From assembly GCF_009914755.1 (NCBI RefSeq), contig NC_060947.1: DNA of 64,000 nucleotides. One strand, written 5' to 3'. Within the stretch, counting starts at the first letter, position 1, and the number at the start of each line of letters is the position of its first letter. The notes under the pieces were generated by a model. The model made no database searches and had not been told where the DNA came from. It saw only the letters and a program-made list of their open reading frames with translations. Below, in pieces: positions 1 through 12,301 of the stretch. The stretch comes from the human T2T-CHM13v2.0 reference genome, Homo sapiens. A program made the position numbers and the translations under genes.

Positions 1-784
1 TTTCAAAACTGCTCCATCAGAAGGATTGTTCAACTCTGTGAGTTGAATGCAGTCATCGCAGAAAACTTTCTGAGAAAGCTTCTGTCTAGGTTTGATGTGA
101 AGATATAGACGTTTCAAACGAAGGCTACAAAGTGGTCAAAATATACACTTGCAGATTCTACTACAAGGGTGTTGCAAACCTGAACTATCAAAGGAAGGTT
201 CAACTCTGTGAGTTGAATACAAACATCACAAAGAATGTTCTGAGTTTGCTTCCGTTCAGTTATGGGAAGTTGATCCCGTTTCCAAAGAAATCCTCAGAGA
301 GGTCCAAATATCCCCTCGCAGATTCTACAAAACGTGTGTTTGGAAACTGCTCCATCATAACGAATGTTCAGCTCCCTGAGTTAAACTCCATCGTCACAAA
401 GAATTTTCTGAGAGTGCTACCGTCTGGTTTTTATATGAAGTTCTTTCCTTCACTACCACAGGCCTCAAAGCGGTCCAAATCTCCACTTGCAGATTCTACA
501 AAAAGAGTGTTTGCAAACTGCTCTATCAAAAGGAATGTTCAACTCTGGGAGTTGAATGCAATCATCACAGAGCAGTTTCTGAGAATGCTTCTATGTCGTT
601 TTTAGGAGAAGATATTTCCTTTTCCAACACAGTCCTCCAAGCCCGCTAAATAGCCACTTGCACATTGTAGAAAAAGTGTGTCAAAGCTGCGCTATCAAAG
701 GGAAAGTTCAACTCTGTGAGGTGAATGCAAACATCCCAAAGAAGTTTCTGAGAATGCTTCCGTTTAGCTTTTAGGTGAAGATTA

Positions 785-801
785 TCCCGTTTCCAACGAA
801 A
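785..801 (-). promoter_or_regulatory. CENP-B box, canonical (appears intact at this position in every HOR inspected)
   Basis: + strand TCCCGTTTCCAACGAAA is the reverse complement of TTTCGTTGGAAACGGGA, matching YTTCGTTGGAARCGGGA. Confidence 0.95.
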
Positions 802-956
802 CCTTCAAAGAGGTCCAAATATCCCCTTGCGGATCCCACAGAAAGAGTGTTTCGAAACTGCTGTTTCAAAAGGAATCTTCAACTCTGTGAGTTGAATGCA
901 ATCATCACAAAGAAGTTTCTGACAATGCTTCTCTCTCGTCTTTCTGTGAAGATAAA

Positions 957-997
957 GGAAAAGGCTTTCAGGCCTTTTCCACCACAGGCCTGAAAGC
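957..997. repeat. Overlapping inverted repeats in the long (about 186-bp) monomer, once per HOR
   Basis: GCTTTCAGGCCT (964-975) and AGGCCTGAAAGC (986-997) form perfect 12-bp arms with a 10-nt loop. GGAAAAGGC (957-965) and GCCTTTTCC (972-980) form perfect 9-bp arms with a 6-nt loop. Confidence 0.9.
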
Positions 998-1141
998 GCT
1001 CCAAATGTCCACTTGCAGATTCTGCCAAAAGAATATTTCAAAACTGCTCTATGAAAAGCAATGTTAAACTCTGCGGCTCGAACACAAACATCACAAAGCG
1101 GTTTCTGAGAATGCTTCAGTTTAGTTTTTCTGTGGAAATAT

Positions 1142-1158
1142 TCCCGTTTCCAAAGAAA
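1142..1158 (-). other. Degenerate CENP-B box (core broken in all HOR copies inspected)
   Basis: TCCCGTTTCCAAAGAAA, where the essential TTCG reads TTCT on the minus strand. Other fixed degenerate boxes lie at 1993-2009 (TTCA) and 107-123 (CGTC instead of CGGG). Confidence 0.85.
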
Positions 1159-1312
1159 TCTTCAAAGAGGTCCACGTATCCACTTACAGATTCTACAAAA
1201 AGACAGTTTCAAAACTGCTCCATCAAAAGGAGGGTTCAACCGTGTGACTTGAATGCAATCATCACTCAGAAGTTTCTGAGAATGCTTCTCTTTAGTTTTT
1301 ACGTGAACATAT

Positions 1313-1329
1313 ACCCGTTTCGAACGAAG
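1313..1329 (-). promoter_or_regulatory. CENP-B box variant with intact 9-bp core
   Basis: + strand ACCCGTTTCGAACGAAG gives CTTCGTTCGAAACGGGT on the minus strand, retaining NTTCGNNNNANNCGGGN. Confidence 0.85.
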
Positions 1330-1479
1330 GCCACCCAGTGGTCCAAATATCCACTTGCAGATTATACAGAAAGAGTGTTTCGAACCTGAACTCTCAAAGG
1401 CAGGTTCATCTCTGCGAGTTAAATGCATTCATCATGAAGAACTTTCTCAGAGTGTTTGTGTTTAGTTATGGGAAATTAT

Positions 1480-1496
1480 TCCCGTTTCCAACGAAA
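1480..1496 (-). promoter_or_regulatory. CENP-B box, canonical (polymorphic among HOR copies)
   Basis: TCCCGTTTCCAACGAAA here. Core disrupted in 9 copies (see findings). Confidence 0.93.
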
Positions 1497-1821
1497 TCCT
1501 CAGAGAGCTCCAAATATCCACCTGCAGATTCTACCAAAAGTGTATTTGGAAACTGCTCCATCAAAAGGCATGTTCAGCTCTGTGAGTGAAACTCCATCAT
1601 CACAAAGAATATTCTGAGAATGCTTCCGTTTGCCTTTTATATGAAGTTCCTTCCTGTACTACCGTAGGCCTCAAAGCAGTCCAAATCTCCATTTGCAGAT
1701 TCTATAAAAAGAGTGATTCCAATCTGCTCTATCAATAGGATTGTTCAACTCCATGAGTTGAATGCCATCCTCACAAAGTAGTTTCTGAGAATGCTTCTAT
1801 CTGGTTTTTGTGTGAAGATAT

Positions 1822-1838
1822 TTCCTTTTCCACCACAG
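1822..1838 (+). other. A-type monomer pJalpha-like box
   Basis: TTCCTTTTCCACCACAG has one mismatch to the pJalpha motif TTCCTTTTYCACCRTAG as I recall it, and sits at the position homologous to the CENP-B box. Confidence 0.65.
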
Positions 1839-2330
1839 GCCTCAAAGCCCTCCAAACGTCCACTTGCAGATTCTCGAAAAAGAGTGTTTCATAGCTGCTC
1901 TTTCAAAAGGAAAGTTCAACTCTGGGAGTTGAATACAAACATCACAAAATAGTTTCCGAGAATGCTTCTGTTTAGTTTTTATGTGAAGATGATCCCGTTT
2001 CCAGTGAAATCTTCAAAGAGGTCCACATATCCCCTTGCAGATTCCAAAGAAAGAGGGTTTCAAAACTGCTCCATCAGAAGGATTGTTCAACTCTGTGAGT
2101 TGAATGCAGTCATCGCAGAAAACTTTCTGAGAATGCTTCTGTCTAGGTTTGATGTGAAGATATAGACGTTTCAAACGAAGGCTACAAAGTGGTCAAAATA
2201 TACACTTGCAGATTCTACTACAAGGGTGTTGCAAACCTGAACTATCAAAGGAAGGTTCAACTCTGTGAGTTGAATACAAACATCACAAAGAATGTTCTGA
2301 GTTTGCTTCCGTTCAGTTATGGGAAGTTGA

Positions 2331-2347
2331 TCCCGTTTCCAACGAAA
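2331..2347 (-). promoter_or_regulatory. CENP-B box, canonical (equivalent site at 274-290 is mutated)
   Basis: TCCCGTTTCCAACGAAA at 2331-2347 versus TCCCGTTTCCAAAGAAA at 274-290. Confidence 0.93.
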
Positions 2348-5300
2348 TCCTCAGAGAGGTCCAAATATCCCCTTGCAGATTCTACAAAACGTGTGTTTGG
2401 AAACTGCTCCATCATAACGAATGTTCAGCTCCCTGAGTTAAACTCCATCGTCACAAAGAATTTTCTGAGAGTGCTACCGTCTGGTTTTTATATGAAGTTC
2501 TTTCCTTCACTACCACAGGCCTCAAAGCGGTCCAAATCTCCACTTGCAGATTCTACAAAAAGAGTGTTTGCAAACTGCTCTATCAAAAGGAATGTTCAAC
2601 TCTGGGAGTTGAATGCAATCATCACAGAGCAGTTTCTGAGAATGCTTCTATGTCGTTTTTAGGAGAAGATATTTCCTTTTCCAACACAGTCCTCCAAGCC
2701 CGCTAAATAGCCACTTGCACATTGTAGAAAAAGTGTGTCGAAGCTGCGCTATCAAAGGGAAAGTTCAACTCTGTGAGGTGAATGCAAACATCCCAAAGAA
2801 GTTTCTGAGAATGCTTCCGTTTAGCTTTTAGGTGAAGATTATCCCGTTTCCAACGAAACCTTCAAAGAGGTCCAAATATCCCCTTGCGGATCCCACAGAA
2901 AGAGTGTTTCGAAACTGCTGTTTCAAAAGGAATCTTCAACTCTGTGAGTTGAATGCAATCATCACAAAGAAGTTTCTGACAATGCTTCTCTCTCGTCTTT
3001 CTGTGAAGATAAAGGAAAAGGCTTTCAGGCCTTTGCCACCACAGGCCTGAAAGCGCTCCAAATGTCCACTTGCAGATTCTGCGAAAAGAATATTTCAAAA
3101 CTGCTCTATGAAAAGCAATGTTAAACTCTGTGGCTCGAACACAAACATCACAAAGCGGTTTCTGAGAGTGCTTCAGTTTAGTTTTTCTGTGGAAATATTC
3201 CCGTTTCCAAAGAAATCTTCAAAGAGGTCCACGTATCCACTTACAGATTCTACAAAAAGACAGTTTCAAAACTGCTCCATCAAAAGGAGGGTTCAACTGT
3301 GTGACTTGAATGCAATCATCACTCAGAAGTTTCTGAGAATGCTTCTCTTTAGTTTTTACGTGAACATATACCCGTTTCGAACGAAGGCCACCCAGTGGTC
3401 CAAATATCCACTTGCAGATTCTACAGAAAGAGTGTTTCGAACCTGAACTCTCAAAGGCAGGTTCATCTCTGCGAGTTAAATGCATTCATCATGAAGAACT
3501 TTCTCAGAGTGTTTGTGTTTAGTTATGGGAAATTATTCCCGTTTCCAACGAAATCCTCAGAGAGCTCCAAATATCCACCTGCAGATTCTACCAAAAGTGT
3601 ATTTGGAAACTGCTCCATCAAAAGGCATGTTCAGCTCTGTGAGTGAAACTCCATCATCACAAAGAATATTCTGAGAATGCTTCCGTTTGCCTTTTATATG
3701 AAGTTCCTTCCTGTACTACCGTAGGCCTCAAAGCAGTCCAAATCTCCATTTGCAGATTCTATAAAAAGAGTGATTCCAATCTGCTCTATCAATAGGATTG
3801 TTCAACTCCATGAGTTGAATGCCATCCTCACAAAGTAGTTTCTGAGAATGCTTCTATCTGGTTTTTGTGTGAAGATATTTCCTTTTCCACCACAGGCCTC
3901 AAAGCCCTCCAAACGTCCACTTGCAGATTCTCGAAAAAGAGTGTTTCATAGCTGCTCTTTCAAAAGGAAAGTTCAACTCTGGGAGTTGAATACAAACATC
4001 ACAAAGTAGTTTCCGAGAATGCTTCTGTTTAGTTTTTATGTGAGGATGATCCCGTTTCCAGTGAAATCTTCAAAGAGGTCCACATATCCCCTTGCAGATT
4101 CCAAAGAAAGAGGGTTTCAAAACTGCTCCATCAGAAGGATTGTTCAACTCTGTGAGTTGAATGCAGTCATCGCAGAAAACTTTCTGAGAATGCTTCTGTC
4201 TAGGTTTGATGTGAAGATATAGACGTTTCAAACGAAGGCTACAAAGTGGTCAAAATATACACTTGCAGATTCTACTACAAGGGTGTTGCAAACCTGAACT
4301 ATCAAAGGAAGGTTCAACTCTGTGAGTTGAATACAAACATCACAAAGAATGTTCTGAGTTTGCTTCCGTTCAGTTATGGGAAGTTGATCCCGTTTCCAAC
4401 GAAATCCTCAGAGAGGTCCAAATATCCCCTTGCAGATTCTACAAAACGTGTGTTTGGAAACTGCTCCATCATAACGAATGTTCAGCTCCCTGAGTTAAAC
4501 TCCATCGTCACAAAGAATTTTCTGAGAGTGCTACCGTCTGGTTTTTATATGAAGTTCTTTCCTTCACTACCACAGGCCTCAAAGCGGTCCAAATCTCCAC
4601 TTGCAGATTCTACAAAAAGAGTGTTTGCAAACTGCTCTATCAAAAGGAATGTTCAACTCTGGGAGTTGAATGCAATCATCACAGAGCAGTTTCTGAGAAT
4701 GCTTCTATGTCGTTTTTAGGAGAAGATATTTCCTTTTCCAACACAGTCCTCCAAGCCCGCTAAATAGCCACTTGCACATTGTAGAAAAAGTGTGTCAAAG
4801 CTGCGCTATCAAAGGGAAAGTTCAACTCTGTGAGGTGAATGCAAACATCCCAAAGAAGTTTCTGAGAATGCTTCCGTTTAGCTTTTAGGTGAAGATTATC
4901 CCGTTTCCAACGAAACCTTCAAAGAGGTCCAAATATCCCCTTGCGGATCCCACAGAAAGAGTGTTTCGAAACTGCTGTTTCAAAAGGAATCTTCAACTCT
5001 GTGAGTTGAATGCAATCATCACAAAGAAGTTTCTGACAATGCTTCTCTCTCGTCTTTCTGTGAAGATAAAGGAAAAGGCTTTCAGGCCTTTTCCACCACA
5101 GGCCTGAAAGCGCTCCAAATGTCCACTTGCAGATTCTGCCAAAAGAATATTTCAAAACTGCTCTATGAAAAGCAATGTTAAACTCTGTGGCTCGAACACA
5201 AACATCACAAAGCGGTTTCTGAGAATGCTTCAGTTTAGTTTTTCTGTGGAAATATTCCCGTTTCCAAAGAAATCTTCAAAGAGGTCCACGTATCCACTTA

Positions 5301-8300
5301 CAGATTCTACAAAAAGACAGTTTCAAAACTGCTCCATCAAAAGGAGGGTTCAACTGTGTGACTTGAATGCAATCATCACTCAGAAGTTTCTGAGAATGCT
5401 TCTCTTTAGTTTTTACGTGAACATATACCCGTTTCGAACGAAGGCCACCCAGGGTCCAAATATCCACTTGCAGATTCTACAGAAAGAGTGTTTCGAACCT
5501 GAACTCTCAAAGGCAGGTTCATCTCTGCGAGTTAAATGCATTCATCATGAAGAACTTTCTCAGAGTATTTGTGTTTAGTTATGGGAAATTATTCCCGTTT
5601 CCAAAGAAATCCTCAGAGAGCTCCAAATATCCACCTGCAGATTCTACCAAAAGTGTATTTGGAAACTGCTCCATCAAAAGGCATGTTCAGCTCTGTGAGT
5701 GAAACTCCATCATCACAAAGAATATTCTGAGAATGCTTCCGTTTGCCTTTTATATGAAGTTCCTTCCTGTACTACCGTAGGCCTCAAAGCAGTCCAAATC
5801 TCCATTTGCAGATTCTACAAAAAGAGTGATTCCAATCTGCTCTATCAATAGGATTGTTCAACTCCATGAGTTGAATGCCATCCTCACAAAGTAGTTTCTG
5901 AGAATGCTTCTATCTGGTTTTTGTGTGAAGATATTTCCTTTTCCACCACAGGCCTCAAAGCCCTCCAAACGTCCACTTGCAGATTCTCGAAAAAGAGTGT
6001 TTCATAGCTGCTCTTTCAAAAGGAAAGTTCAACTCTGGGAGTTGAATACAAACATCACAAAATAGTTTCCGAGAATGCTTCAGTTTAGTTTTTATGTGAA
6101 GATGATCCCGTTTCCAGTGAAATCTTCAAAGAGGTCCACATATCCCCTTGCAGATTCCAAAGAAAGAGGGTTTCAAAACTGCTCCATCAGAAGGATTGTT
6201 CAACTCTGTGAGTTGAATGCAGTCATCGCAGAAAACTTTCTGAGAATGCTTCTGTCTAGGTTTGATGTGAAGATATAGATGTTTCAAACGAAGGCTACAA
6301 AGTGGTCAAAATATACACTTGCAGATTCTACTACAAGGGTGTTGCAAACCTGAACTATCAAAGGAAGGTTCAACTCTGTGAGTTGAATACAAACATCACA
6401 AAGAATGTTCTGAGTTTGCTTCCGTTCAGTTATGGGAAGTTGATCCCGTTTCCAACGAAATCCTCAGAGAGGTCCAAATATCCCCTTGCAGATTCTACAA
6501 AACGTGTGTTTGGAAACTGCTCCATCATAACGAATGTTCAGCTCCCTGAGTTAAACTCCATCGTCACAAAGAATTTTCTGAGAGTGCTACCGTCTGGTTT
6601 TTATATGAAGTTCTTTCCTTCACTACCACAGGCCTCAAAGCGGTCCAAATCTCCACTTGCAGATTCTACAAAAAGAGTGTTTGCAAACTGCTCTATCAAA
6701 AGGAATGTTCAACTCTGGGAGTTGAATGCAATCATCACAGAGCAGTTTCTGAGAATGCTTCTATGTCGTTTTTAGGAGAAGATATTTCCTTTTCCAACAC
6801 AATCCTCCAAGCCCGCTAAATAGCCACTTGCACATTGTAGAAAAAGTGTGTCAAAGCTGCGCTATCAAAGGGAAAGTTCAACTCTGTGAGGTGAATGCAA
6901 ACATCCCAAAGAAGTTTCTGAGAATGCTTCCGTTTAGCTTTTAGGTGAAGATTATCCCGTTTCCAACGAAACCTTCAAAGAGGTCCAAATATCCCCTTGC
7001 GGATCCCACAGAAAGAGTGTTTCGAAACTGCTGTTTCAAAAGGAATCTTCAACTCTGTGAGTTGAATGCAATCATCACAAAGAAGTTTCTGACAATGCTT
7101 CTCTCTCGTCTTTCTGTGAAGATAAAGGAAAAGGCTTTCAGGCCTTTTCCACCACAGGCCTGAAAGCGCTCCAAATGTCCACTTGCAGATTCTGCCAAAA
7201 GAATATTTCAAAACTGCTCTATGAAAAGCAATGTTAAACTCTGTGGCTGGAACACAAACATCACAAAGCGGTTTCTGAGAATGTTTCAGTTTAGTTTTTC
7301 TGTGGAAATATTCCCGTTTCCAAAGAAATCTTCAAAGAGGTCCACGTATCCACTTACAGATTCTACAAAAAGACAGTTTCAAAACTGCTCCATCAAAAGG
7401 AGGGTTCAACTGTGTGACTTGAATGCAATCATCACTCAGAAGTTTCTGAGAATGCTTCTCTTTAGTTTTTACGTGAACATATACCCGTTTCGAACGAAGG
7501 CCACCCAGTGGTCCAAATATCCACTTGCAGATTCTACAGAAAGAGTGTTTCGAACCTGAACTCTCAAAGGCAGGTTCATCTCTGCGAGTTAAATGCATTC
7601 ATCATGAAGAACTTTCTCAGAGTGTTTGTGTTTAGTTATGGGAAATTATTCCCGTTTCCAACGAAATCCTCAGAGAGCTCCAAATATCCACCTGCAGATT
7701 CTACCAAAAGTGTATTTGGAAACTGCTCCATCAAAAGGCATGTTCAGCTCTGTGAGTGAAACTCCATCATCACAAAGAATATTCTGAGAATGCTTCCGTT
7801 TGCCTTTTATATGAAGTTCCTTCCTGTACTACCGTAGGCCTCAAAGCAGTCCAAATCTCCATTTGCAGATTCTATAAAAAGAGTGATTCCAATCTGCTCT
7901 ATCAATAGGATTGTTCAACTCCATGAGTTGAATGCCATCCTCACAAAGTAGTTTCTGAGAATGCTTCTATCTGGTTTTTGTGTGAAGATATTTCCTTTTC
8001 CACCACAGGCCTCAAAGCCCTCCAAACGTCCACTTGCAGATTCTCGAAAAAGAGTGTTTCATAGCTGCTCTTTCAAAAGGAAAGTTCAACTCTGGGAGTT
8101 GAATACAAACATCACAAAGTAGTTTCCGAGAATGCTTCTGTTTAGTTTTTATGTGAGGATGATCCCGTTTCCAGTGAAATCTTCAAAGAGGTCCACATAT
8201 CCCCTTGCAGATTCCAAAGAAAGAGGGTTTCAAAACTGCTCCATCAGAAGGATTGTTCAACTCTGTGAGTTGAATGCAGTCATCGCAGAAAACTTTCTGA

Positions 8301-10415
8301 GAATGCTTCTGTCTAGGTTTGATGTGAAGATATAGACGTTTCAAACGAAGGCTACAAAGTGGTCAAAATATACACTTGCAGATTCTACTACAAGGGTGTT
8401 GCAAACCTGAACTATCAAAGGAAGGTTCAACTCTGTGAGTTGAATACAAACATCACAAAGAATGTTCTGAGTTTGCTTCCGTTCAGTTATGGGAAGTTGA
8501 TCCCGTTTCCAACGAAATCCTCAGAGAGGTCCAAATATCCCCTTGCAGATTCTACAAAACGTGTGTTTGGAAACTGCTCCATCATAACGAATGTTCAGCT
8601 CCCTGAGTTAAACTCCATCGTCACAAAGAATTTTCTGAGAGTGCTACCGTCTGGTTTTTATATGAAGTTCTTTCCTTCACTACCACAGGCCTCAAAGCGG
8701 TCCAAATCTCCACTTGCAGATTCTACAAAAAGAGTGTTTGCAAACTGCTCTATCAAAAGGAATGTTCAACTCTGGGAGTTGAATGCAATCATCACAGAGC
8801 AGTTTCTGAGAATGCTTCTATGTCGTTTTTAGGAGAAGATATTTCCTTTTCCAACACAGTCCTCCAAGCCCGCTAAATAGCCACTTGCACATTGTAGAAA
8901 AAGTGTGTCAAAGCTGCGCTATCAAAGGGAAAGTTCAACTCTGTGAGGTGAATGCAAACATCCCAAAGAAGTTTCTGAGAATGCTTCCGTTTAGCTTTTA
9001 GGTGAAGATTATCCCGTTTCCAACGAAACCTTCAAAGAGGTCCAAATATCCCCTTGCGGATCCCACAGAAAGAGTGTTTCGAAACTGCTGTTTCAAAAGG
9101 AATCTTCAACTCTGTGAGTTGAATGCAATCATCACAAAGAAGTTTCTGACAATGCTTCTCTCTCGTCTTTCTGTGAAGATAAAGGAAAAGGCTTTCAGGC
9201 CTTTTCCACCACAGGCCTGAAAGCGCTCCAAATGTCCACTTGCAGATTCTGCCAAAAGAATATTTCAAAACTGCTCTATGAAAAGCAATGTTAAACTCTG
9301 TGGCTCGAACACAAACATCACAAAGCGGTTTCTGAGAATGCTTCAGTTTAGTTTTTCTGTGGAAATATTCCCGTTTCCAAAGAAATCTTCAAAGAGGTCC
9401 ACGTATCCACTTACAGATTCTACAAAAAGACAGTTTCAAAACTGCTCCATCAAAAGGAGGGTTCAACTGTGTGACTTGAATGCAATCATCACTCAGAAGT
9501 TTCTGAGAATGCTTCTCTTTAGTTTTTACGTGAACATATACCCGTTTCGAACGAAGGCCACCCAGTGGTCCAAATATCCACTTGCAGATTCTACAGAAAG
9601 AGTGTTTCGAACCTGAACTCTCAAAGGCAGGTTCATCTCTGCGAGTTAAATGCATTCATCATGAAGAACTTTCTCAGAGTATTTGTGTTTAGTTATGGGA
9701 AATTATTCCCGTTTCCAAAGAAATCCTCAGAGAGCTCCAAATATCCACCTGCAGATTCTACCAAAAGTGTATTTGGAAACTGCTCCATCAAAAGGCATGT
9801 TCAGCTCTGTGAGTGAAACTCCATCATCACAAAGAATATTCTGAGAATGCTTCCGTTTGCCTTTTATATGAAGTTCCTTCCTGTACTACCGTAGGCCTCA
9901 AAGCAGTCCAAATCTCCATTTGCAGATTCTACAAAAAGAGTGATTCCAATCTGCTCTATCAATAGGATTGTTCAACTCCATGAGTTGAATGCCATCCTCA
10001 CAAAGTAGTTTCTGAGAATGCTTCTATCTGGTTTTTGTGTGAAGATATTTCCTTTTCCACCACAGGCCTCAAAGCCCTCCAAACGTCCACTTGCAGATTC
10101 TCGAAAAAGAGTGTTTCATAGCTGCTCTTTCAAAAGGAAAGTTCAACTCTGGGAGTTGAATACAAACATCACAAAATAGTTTCCGAGAATGCTTCAGTTT
10201 AGTTTTTATGTGAAGATGATCCCGTTTCCAGTGAAATCTTCAAAGAGGTCCACATATCCCCTTGCAGATTCCAAAGAAAGAGGGTTTCAAAACTGCTCCA
10301 TCAGAAGGATTGTTCAACTCTGTGAGTTGAATGCAGTCATCGCAGAAAACTTTCTGAGAATGCTTCTGTCTAGGTTTGATGTGAAGATATAGATGTTTCA
10401 AACGAAGGCTACAAA

Positions 10416-12301
10416 GTGGTCAAAATATACACTTGCAGATTCTACTACAAGGGTGTTGCAAACCTGAACTATCAAAGGAAGGTTCAACTCTGTGAGTTGA
10501 ATACAAACATCACAAAGAATGTTCTGAGTTTGCTTCCGTTCAGTTATGGGAAGTTGATCCCGTTTCCAACGAAATCCTCAGAGAGGTCCAAATATCCCCT
10601 TGCAGATTCTACAAAACGTGTGTTTGGAAACTGCTCCATCATAACGAATGTTCAGCTCCCTGAGTTAAACTCCATCGTCACAAAGAATTTTCTGAGAGTG
10701 CTACCGTCTGGTTTTTATATGAAGTTCTTTCCTTCACTACCACAGGCCTCAAAGCGGTCCAAATCTCCACTTGCAGATTCTACAAAAAGAGTGTTTGCAA
10801 ACTGCTCTATCAAAAGGAATGTTCAACTCTGGAGTTGAATGCAATCATCACAGAGCAGTTTCTGAGAATGCTTCTATGTCGTTTTTAGGAGAAGATATTT
10901 CCTTTTCCAACACAATCCTCCAAGCCCGCTAAATAGCCACTTGCACATTGTAGAAAAAGTGTGTCAAAGCTGCGCTATCAAAGGGAAAGTTCAACTCTGT
11001 GAGGTGAATGCAAACATCCCAAAGAAGTTTCTGAGAATGCTTCCGTTTAGCTTTTAGGTGAAGATTATCCCGTTTCCAACGAAACCTTCAAAGAGGTCCA
11101 AATATCCCCTTGCGGATCCCACAGAAAGAGTGTTTCGAAACTGCTGTTTCAAAAGGAATCTTCAACTCTGTGAGTTGAATGCAATCATCACAAAGAAGTT
11201 TCTGACAATGCTTCTCTCTCGTCTTTCTGTGAAGATAAAGGAAAAGGCTTTCAGGCCTTTTCCACCACAGGCCTGAAAGCGCTCCAAATGTCCACTTGCA
11301 GATTCTGCCAAAAGAATATTTCAAAACTGCTCTATGAAAAGCAATGTTAAACTCTGTGGCTGGAACACAAACATCACAAAGCGGTTTCTGAGAATGTTTC
11401 AGTTTAGTTTTTTCTGTGGAAATATTCCCGTTTCCAAAGAAATCTTCAAAGAGGTCCACGTATCCACTTACAGATTCTACAAAAAGACAGTTTCAAAACT
11501 GCTCCATCAAAAGGAGGGTTCAACTGTGTGACTTGAATGCAATCATCACTCAGAAGTTTCTGAGAATGCTTCTCTTTAGTTTTTACGTGAACATATACCC
11601 GTTTCGAACGAAGGCCACCCAGTGGTCCAAATATCCACTTGCAGATTATACAGAAAGAGTGTTTCGAACCTGAACTCTCAAAGGCAGGTTCATCTCTGCG
11701 AGTTAAATGCATTCATCATGAAGAACTTTCTCAGAGTGTTTGTGTTTAGTTATGGGAAATTATTCCCGTTTCCAACGAAATCCTCAGAGAGCTCCAAATA
11801 TCCACCTGCAGATTCTACCAAAAGTGTATTTGGAAACTGCTCCATCAAAAGGCATGTTCAGCTCTGTGAGTGAAACTCCATCATCACAAAGAATATTCTG
11901 AGAATGCTTCCGTTTGCCTTTTATATGAAGTTCCTTCCTGTACTACCGTAGGCCTCAAAGCAGTCCAAATCTCCATTTGCAGATTCTACAAAAAGAGTGA
12001 TTCCAATCTGCTCTATCAATAGGATTGTTCAACTCCATGAGTTGAATGCCATCCTCACAAAGTAGTTTCCGAGAATGCTTCTGTTTAGTTTTTATGTGAA
12101 GATGATCCCGTTTCCAGTGAAATCTTCAAAGAGGTCCACATATCCCCTTGCAGATTCCAAAGAAAGAGGGTTTCAAAACTGCTCCATCAGAAGGATTGTT
12201 CAACTCTGTGAGTTGAATGCAGTCATCGCAGAAAACTTTCTGAGAATGCTTCTGTCTAGGTTTGATGTGAAGATATAGATGTTTCAAACGAAGGCTACAA
12301 A
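10416..12301 (-). repeat. 11-mer structural variant HOR (1,886 bp; one monomer length deleted)
   Basis: Anchor spacing 10416 to 12302 is 1,886 = 2,057 - 171. Hybrid junction ...GCCATCC-TCACAAAGTAGTTTC-CGAGAATGCTTCTG at 12055-12069. Confidence 0.96.

Larger units (their letters stand above)
107..2163 (-). repeat. One representative 12-mer HOR unit; box-type order on + strand B,B,A,A,B,A,B,B,B,A,A,B (two pentamer-derived blocks plus a dimer)
   Basis: B-type box positions at 107, 274, 785, 1142, 1313, 1480 and 1993. A-type positions at about 445, 616, 970, 1651 and 1822. Spacings 167+511+357+171+167+513+171 sum to 2,057. The 167-bp spacing occurs twice (107-274 and 1313-1480), showing the internal pentamer duplication typical of SF3 (W1-W5) arrays. 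Confidence 0.88.

Noticed and set aside
132-605. 157-aa ORF (MVKIYTCRF...) and the other 60-140 aa ORFs recurring in every HOR on both strands
   Set aside because: They are chance open frames in alpha satellite, with 57-codon monomer periodicity, several GTG starts and overlapping frames. They show no recognisable domain, and their recurrence is fully explained by the tandem repeat.
850-857. Short palindromes such as TTTCGAAA, GAGCTC, AGGCCT and AGCGCT
   Set aside because: Palindromes of 6-8 bp are expected by chance at this frequency and have no extended arms.
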